From the NCBI GenBank assembly GCA_965208575.1, contig CBDBOV010000006.1, positions 1,152,001 through 1,216,000 of the forward strand: 64,000 nt of DNA, given 5' to 3'. This DNA is from Spirochaetia bacterium (GTDB lineage Bacteria > Spirochaetota > Spirochaetia > SZUA-6 > Bin103). Of the stretch, positions 58,246 through 64,000 are shown one piece after another. The translations under genes were made by a program, and so were the position numbers. The notes under the pieces are model-generated. The model saw only the letters and a program-made list of their open reading frames with translations, was not told where the DNA came from and searched no databases. Numbering within the stretch: position 1 is the stretch's first letter; each line of letters begins with the position of its first letter.

Positions 58246-60020
58246 CACAGCCCCGCCGCGTGCGCGCTGTGGAAGGTGTCGGCGCCGCCGCGCAGGCCGC
58301 CGGCGTCGCGCGCGAGGGCAACCGGGCTGGCGAACGGGCTGAGGCCCTCGGTGACGTAGCGCGGATCGATGGCGCCGACGTGGTGGCGGCGCGCGCGCAG
58401 CTCGTCGATCACCGCGGGGTCGACGCGCCCGTCGATGGCGGTCAGCGGCGTGCTGCAGTCGAGCCGCGGGGCGTCGACGGCGGCCTGCGGTCCGAGCCCG
58501 AAGTCGAGCATCTTCACCACCAGGCTGGTGACGCAGTTGGTGATGCGCCGTCCGCCGGACGCCCCCACCGCCAGCCGCGCGCCGCCGTCGTCGAGCACCA
58601 GCAGCGGCGACATGTTGTTGAGCGGCAGCTTGCGCGGCGCGATGGAGTTGACGCGGCCGGGCACCGGATCGAACCACATCATGCCGTTGTTCAGCACCAC
58701 GCCGGTGCCGGGGGCGACCACGCCGGAGCCGAAGCCGGCCATCAGCGTGTTGGTGAGCGACACCGCGTTGCCGGCGCCGTCGAGCACGCACAGGTGGGTG
58801 GTGCCGTCCTGGTAGCCGGGCGCGCTGCCGGGCGGGCGCCGCGGTGCGCGCCTGCCCTCCTCCTGCCACGGGTCGCCGGGCTTGAAGTGGCGCGGCGCCT
58901 TGCGCCCGACGGCCGCCCAGCGGCGCGCGGCGTAGGCGGGCGAAGTGAGGCCGCGCCACGGTACGTCGGCACTCTCCGGGTCGGCCAGGAAGGCGAACCG
59001 GTCGGCGTAGGCGAGGCGGGCGGCGCAGATGTAGCGGTGCAGCGCCTCGGCGCTGTTGTGCCCGCAGGCGGCCAGATCGGCGTTGGCGAGCATCTGCAGG
59101 GTCATGGCGCTGGTGATTCCGCCGCTCGCGAACGGCGCCACCCGCACGCGCAGGTCGCGGTACCGAATCTCCAGCGGGCCGTCGCCGGAGTTGCCCGCCG
59201 GCCAATGCAGCGGGCGGTAGGTTTCCAGGTCGGCGCGGCTCAGCACGCCGCCGCCGGCCTGCACGGCATCGACGATACGGCCTGCCACGACGCCGCCGTA
59301 GAAACCGCCGGCGCCGCTCCTGGCGATCTCCTCCAGCGTATCGGCCAGGTCCGGCTGGCGGAGCTTGGCCGGTTCCGCGCGCACCGGCTCGCCGCGCCGG
59401 TAGCCGGGACCGGGAATCTGTATGCCATACGGCAGTTCTCCATTGGGCAGAAACACGCGCCGCAACTCGGCGTGGCGGGTCAGCTTGCCGGCCTGCTGGC
59501 CGAACGCCATCAGGTCGTGGAACTCCGGCGCGAACCCGCCGCGCGCCAGCGCGATCGCAGGTGCAAGCACTTCTTCCAGCGGCAGGCGGCCAAGTTCCCG
59601 GTGCGCCACGGTCAAGCCGGCCACCGCTCCGGGGGTGGCCACCGAGCGCGGCCCCTCCAGGTTGGCGTCGTCCTCGACCCCCGGCCAGCCGAACGCCCCG
59701 ACCGCGGGGGCGCCGGTGAGGCGGTACATGTCCGGGGCGACTCCGAGCGGCGCGCGCATCGGAAACCCGTACACGCCGCCGCGCCCGCCCACCTGGTACA
59801 CCAGGTAGCCGCCGCCGCCGATGCCGCTGCTCTTCGGCTCCACCACGCCGACCGCGAACGCCGCCGCCACCGCCGCGTCCACCACGTTGCCGCCGCCGCG
59901 CAACATCTCCAGCGCCGCCTTGCTCGCCAGCCGGTGCTTGGTGGCTACCACCGCCCGTTCGCCGCGCGCCTCCTGCTTGCCGCTGGTGAACACGCTCGCG
60001 CGCGCGGCCACCTCGCTCAC
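58245..60020 (-). CDS. Gamma-glutamyltransferase family protein
   Basis: GGNVVDAAVA, SGIGGGG, GTTHLCVLD (catalytic Thr), FGSG, LNNGM, GASGG. Confidence 0.92.
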   Translation of the reverse strand: MSEVAARASVFTSGKQEARGERAVVATKHRLASKAALEMLRGGGNVVDAAVAAAFAVGVVEPKSSGIGGGGYLVYQVGGRGGVYGFPMRAPLGVAPDMYRLTGAPAVGAFGWPGVEDDANLEGPRSVATPGAVAGLTVAHRELGRLPLEEVLAPAIALARGGFAPEFHDLMAFGQQAGKLTRHAELRRVFLPNGELPYGIQIPGPGYRRGEPVRAEPAKLRQPDLADTLEEIARSGAGGFYGGVVAGRIVDAVQAGGGVLSRADLETYRPLHWPAGNSGDGPLEIRYRDLRVRVAPFASGGITSAMTLQMLANADLAACGHNSAEALHRYICAARLAYADRFAFLADPESADVPWRGLTSPAYAARRWAAVGRKAPRHFKPGDPWQEEGRRAPRRPPGSAPGYQDGTTHLCVLDGAGNAVSLTNTLMAGFGSGVVAPGTGVVLNNGMMWFDPVPGRVNSIAPRKLPLNNMSPLLVLDDGGARLAVGASGGRRITNCVTSLVVKMLDFGLGPQAAVDAPRLDCSTPLTAIDGRVDPAVIDELRARRHHVGAIDPRYVTEGLSPFASPVALARDAGGLRGGADTFHSAHAAGL

Positions 60021-60445
60021 GACCCGTGCCCGCCCGCGGCCGCGTCCAGAGGCGCCGGCGCGAGTGCGCTCTCGAACTGCCCGGTCGCCAGCAGCACGAG
60101 CGTGCACGCCTCCAGGTACGGAATGCCGTGCTCGTCGAGTGCCCGTTCCAACTGCTCCGACTCGGTGCCGGGGTTGAGGACGACCCGCCGCGGGCGGGCG
60201 GCGACGATGTCGTCGATCAACGGGACGATGTGGCGCGGACCCACATACACGGTGAGGGTGTGCACCTGGCGCTGCAGCGCGGCCAGATCGGGCACCACGG
60301 GCAGGCCCTCGATCTGGTCGTGCGCCGGATTAATCGGCACGACATCGTAGCCGTGCTGCTGCAGAGCGCGTACGGCGCGGTTGGCATAGCGCTGCCGGTT
60401 GCGGCTGGCCCCGAGAACGGCGACCTGGTGATTGCTGGCTGCCAT
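60017..60445 (-). CDS. CoA-binding protein
   Basis: VAVLGAS, VVPINP, NPG, EACTLV. Confidence 0.88.
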   Translation of the reverse strand: MAASNHQVAVLGASRNRQRYANRAVRALQQHGYDVVPINPAHDQIEGLPVVPDLAALQRQVHTLTVYVGPRHIVPLIDDIVAARPRRVVLNPGTESEQLERALDEHGIPYLEACTLVLLATGQFESALAPAPLDAAAGGHGS

Positions 60446-60531
60446 GGCTCTACACCCATTGTACGCCGCCAGCCCCGCCGTGACCATGCGATAACCCGTG
60501 AACTCTCGGGCCGCCGTCGCCTTATTCCGAC

Positions 60532-61683
60532 TCAGAAGACGATCTTCGCCAGTTGATGGTTTCGGATCTGGTGCTCCGCGACCAGGGAAGAAACGCCGAA
60601 CACGCCCGCAAGTTCGTCGATGTCGTCACCGTCTACGGCTCTCCGGCCGTTCAATCGCTCCTGTAAGCCCGCGGATGGCGCCAGGAATTCGGCGGCGAAG
60701 GCACGATTACGCTGTTGACGCTCGGAATGCGCTCTTGTCAGCAGGGTATCCGTGCTCGGTGATGTCAGGAGTTCAGCCAAGGCGCGACACACATGAAATT
60801 GCGCACCGGGCGCACCCAAGTGCCGGAATCCCAGAGCAGGTTGCTGCTGGTCGGTTTGCGTGACTACTCCATCGATCAGCGCCGCACGGTGCAGCTTCTC
60901 AATTGGCGTTCGACACTCGAATAACTCCGGCACCTCACCTATGCACTCCGCTAGCGCCCTTAGAGTTGGGACTGGCGTGCCGTCCAAATCCAAATCGCGT
61001 CGCAACGTTCGTGCCCATTGGTAGCCTACCTCCCAAGGAAAACCGCCCGTCGCTTCCAACGGCACGTCCCCATGCTCCCGATGAAACCGTTCCAATCGAA
61101 GCCCTTGCGACTTGGAGTCGATGATCGCGGCGGTGATGGCTGCGCAGCCCTCCTGCAAGGAATTCGGATCAAGAGCTGACACGGCTTCGTCAAAGACCGA
61201 ACCCTGAACCTGCCCGGCAAGTTTCAACACCAGGGCCTGCCGCGACTCTTCTACCGCATAGGGATCCCACCCGAGCCGCGCCACGGCCGTGCAGAACGCG
61301 AACTCATCACCGTCCGGCCACTCGTCACGGGCGAGCGGGTATCCCTTGTAAGAGCCGTCTCCACGGTTCACCAATCGTCCCTCGAATACCGTATCTCCAT
61401 GTTTGTACCACACGTATCTTGGGAACGCCCCTTCCCATGGGGCACCCGTGGCGCCTCGTCTGACCGCCGAGCGGAGCCACTCGACCAGTGTCTTGAGATC
61501 GGCAAGGTCTCGCGGACAACAAGACGCATCAGCACGAAGCCGAGGTTGGCCTGCGAAGCTCGGAGTATCCTTGTGCTCCGGGCTCCCCACGTATCGCACC
61601 TTCTCGCACAGACTGTCGAGATCCGTGTCGGGCGGTACGTGCATGGTCCGCTTCACCGGACGTTTGCGTCGAGGCGCACGCAT
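60532..61683 (-). CDS. Apparent fusion: small toxin-like N-terminal domain + C-terminal part of an ImmA/IrrE-like protein
   Basis: N-term YVGSPEHK...FPRYVW...YKGYPL..DEWP; C-term RNRAFAAEFLAP...FGVS...HQIRN; lower GC than flanks. Confidence 0.6.
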   Translation of the reverse strand: MRAPRRKRPVKRTMHVPPDTDLDSLCEKVRYVGSPEHKDTPSFAGQPRLRADASCCPRDLADLKTLVEWLRSAVRRGATGAPWEGAFPRYVWYKHGDTVFEGRLVNRGDGSYKGYPLARDEWPDGDEFAFCTAVARLGWDPYAVEESRQALVLKLAGQVQGSVFDEAVSALDPNSLQEGCAAITAAIIDSKSQGLRLERFHREHGDVPLEATGGFPWEVGYQWARTLRRDLDLDGTPVPTLRALAECIGEVPELFECRTPIEKLHRAALIDGVVTQTDQQQPALGFRHLGAPGAQFHVCRALAELLTSPSTDTLLTRAHSERQQRNRAFAAEFLAPSAGLQERLNGRRAVDGDDIDELAGVFGVSSLVAEHQIRNHQLAKIVF

Positions 61684-61802
61684 CTCATTCTACTTCTGAC
61701 CTACTTTAGCGGCGAACAGATCACATGGGCAACGAGTGTGCCTCCACCAGACCAAATCAAACGGCTTGCATGACGGCGGGCTGGCAGGCGAGCATGCGCG
61801 CC

Positions 61803-63137
61803 ATGCCGGCCACCGACCATCGCGCCCTCCAGGCCGGAGCACTTCCGCACACCCCCGAAACGCGCGCGACCGGCGGGCTGGCCGCGGTGGCGCTGTTCGC
61901 CGCCACCGGGCACCTGGGCCTGGAACTGGTGTCCAACTTCCTGCCAGTCGTGTACCCGGTCCTGGTGGCGGAGGCGGGCTTCACGTTCGCGCAGGTGGGC
62001 ACCGTGACCCTGGCGGCCACGCTCGGCATGACCCTCCCGCAACCGTTGTTCGGCATGCTGATGCGGCGCTTCGACGCCGGGCGGCTGGTGATCGCGGCGG
62101 TGCTCTGGTGCGGCCTGTTCTTCGGGCTCGCCGGGCTGGCCGGCAAATTCTGGCCGCTGCTTGCCGTGGTCGCCCTGGGCGGCCTGGGTTCCGCGCTGTT
62201 CCACCCCGCCGGCTCGGTGGTGGCGTCGGCGGCGCGCAGCCGCAGGCGCGGCGCGGCAATGTCGATCTTCTCGGTGGGCGGCAACGCGGGCGCGGCGCTG
62301 AGCCCGCTGCTGCTGGCCGCCGTGATCGGCTGGTACGGGTTGGCCGGCACCCTGGTGACCATCCCGCTGGCTGCCGTAACCGCGCTGATCCTTGTGCTGC
62401 TGGCCCGCCACGGCGCGGTTCCCGGCACCGGCCGCGGCACCACCGCGCCCGACGGCCGCCGCCGCGCAACCGGCGCACACAGGGTACGGACCGGCAGCGA
62501 CGGCGGCCCCGGACGCCAAGGCCGCCCGTCCCGCCTCGCCGGCGGGGCCCGCCCGGCAGCCCTCGTCGCGCTCGGGCTGATCACGCTGTTCGCGATGGCG
62601 CGCGCCTGGTACCAGGTGTCGCTGACCACCTACCTGCCGCTGTGGGTGGCACAGCACGCCGGCGCACGCGTCGGCGTCGCGCAGGTGCTGTTCGTGCTGG
62701 CCGGCAGCCTGCCGGCCGGGGCGGTGCTCGGCGGCGCGCTGTCCGACCGCGTCGGCCGCTGGCAGGTGGTGCTGGCGGCCGGCGTGCTGCTGGTGCCGGC
62801 CAACGCCGCCCTGCTGACGGTGGGGCCGGGCGGCGCCCCGGCGGCGCTCCTGCCGTTGATCGCCGTCATCGGCTGCCTGATCGGCGCCACCTATCCGGTG
62901 GCGATCATCATCGCCCAGGAGGCGTGGCCGCGGAACATCGGCCTGGCGGGCGGCATGATCATGGGACTCGGCTGGCTGCCGGGCGGCGTCGGCGCCTCCG
63001 CGGTGGGCATGATGGCCGACAGCTTCGGCCTGGCGCGCGCCCTCGCCACCGGAGTGATCCCGCTTCTGGTCGGGGTGCTTGCGGTCGGCGGCTACGCCCT
63101 GCTCGGCGTCCGCGGCGCCAGCCGGTTGCCGCGATAG
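61803..63137 (+). CDS. MFS transporter (Fsr-like)
   Basis: QPLFG, GSALFHP, MSIFSVGGNAG, LSDRVGR; start uncertain. Confidence 0.88.
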   Translation: MPATDHRALQAGALPHTPETRATGGLAAVALFAATGHLGLELVSNFLPVVYPVLVAEAGFTFAQVGTVTLAATLGMTLPQPLFGMLMRRFDAGRLVIAAVLWCGLFFGLAGLAGKFWPLLAVVALGGLGSALFHPAGSVVASAARSRRRGAAMSIFSVGGNAGAALSPLLLAAVIGWYGLAGTLVTIPLAAVTALILVLLARHGAVPGTGRGTTAPDGRRRATGAHRVRTGSDGGPGRQGRPSRLAGGARPAALVALGLITLFAMARAWYQVSLTTYLPLWVAQHAGARVGVAQVLFVLAGSLPAGAVLGGALSDRVGRWQVVLAAGVLLVPANAALLTVGPGGAPAALLPLIAVIGCLIGATYPVAIIIAQEAWPRNIGLAGGMIMGLGWLPGGVGASAVGMMADSFGLARALATGVIPLLVGVLAVGGYALLGVRGASRLPR

Positions 63138-63389
63138 CCGCCCGCGCTGCAACGCCGCGTTGCGCCGCTCTCGTGCAGCCGGTGTGTCACCACGGGCTGC
63201 TGCCGACCCGCTGCACCGGTCGCCTTGCGGACCGGTGCGTCGCGCCTTTGCAGCGCACGGCAAACGGACCTCGCTGCCAGTACCACCGGAGCCGGAAAAG
63301 GGTGAATTTCGCCGCGTGTATGCGTACACTTGCCATCCTGTGATGAGCCTCACTCGTCAGTCCCGCCGCCATCGTCCCGCCACGCGCGC

Positions 63390-64000
63390 ATGATCTCGGA
63401 GTTCACCGCCTCCGGGGTGGCCACCGAGGGCCGCCGTTACGACACCCGTTCGCCGCTGCGCTGGGTGTTCTCGCACATTCGCCACCATCCGTTCCTGGCG
63501 GCCGGCGCGCTGGTGTGCTCGATCACCGCCTGGTCGCTGTTCGGCCTCGGCCCGGTGATGGTCGGCAGGGTCGCGCAGGTGGTGATCGACGGCGGCGCCG
63601 GCACCGCCCTGCTGGTCGCAACGGCCGCGCTGCTGGCGGTGCTGGTAGGCGACTCCATCTGCGCCTTGTGCTCCAGCCTGTGCGCGGTGACGCTCGGCCA
63701 CCGCCTGGAGCGCGACGCCCGCGACGAGCTGTACCGCAGCCTGCTCGGCAAGAGCCAGACCTATCACAACCGGCAACGGGTCGGCGACCTGGTGGCCCGC
63801 GCCACCGACGATATCCGCCATCTCAACCAGATGGTGCATCCGGGCCTGATGTTCATGTCCGACATGGTGCTGGGATTCGTGGCGCCGCTGACCTACGTGG
63901 CCCTGCTCGATCCGCGGCTGCTGGTGGTGCCGGGACTGTTCGCGGTGGCGTTCGTGTTCACCGTGCGCGACTATACCCGCCGCCTCGGCCCGGTGCTGAT
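63390..64000 (+). CDS. ABC exporter (fused TMD-NBD type), N-terminal part; runs off the window
   Basis: Manual translation MISEFTASG...LERDARDELYRSLLGKSQTYHNRQRVGDLVARATDD; not in the ORF track because no stop lies in the window. Confidence 0.85.
   Translation, partial: MISEFTASGVATEGRRYDTRSPLRWVFSHIRHHPFLAAGALVCSITAWSLFGLGPVMVGRVAQVVIDGGAGTALLVATAALLAVLVGDSICALCSSLCAVTLGHRLERDARDELYRSLLGKSQTYHNRQRVGDLVARATDDIRHLNQMVHPGLMFMSDMVLGFVAPLTYVALLDPRLLVVPGLFAVAFVFTVRDYTRRLGPVL

Overview
Very GC-rich bacterial chromosomal window with no rRNA, tRNA, CRISPR array or intact transposase that I can recognise. The left 17 kb forms a coherent regulatory and surface module. A giant (>3,100 aa, runs off the window) secreted FN3/Ig/cadherin-repeat protein on the minus strand is missing from the ORF track. 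Upstream lie two near-identical sigma54 enhancer-binding proteins (REC-PAS-AAA+-HTH) flanking a cytoplasmic REC-PAS-PAS histidine kinase. The giant gene and one EBP copy each have a clear sigma54 -24/-12 promoter, with an AT-rich IHF-like tract and a tandem pair of 17-bp palindromes at nearly the same distance (172 and 173 bp). This suggests an auto-amplifying sigma54 switch controlling a giant adhesin (inference). The rest is housekeeping and metabolic genes: a Des-like desaturase, ABC systems, menH-menB, a type 2 ileS with a non-canonical GVHH signature, nfo, MATE, GGT and dehydrogenases. Interspersed are lower-GC accessory genes: four solitary lipoproteins (one with 8 two-Cys repeat domains), a Cas2/VapD-like + PIN pair, one intact Phd-VapC pair, two antitoxins whose toxins are cut to stubs, a toxin-like/ImmA-like fusion, a 5'-truncated HNH gene, and short duplications of gene 3' ends. 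All product calls come from motif recognition by eye, not database searches.
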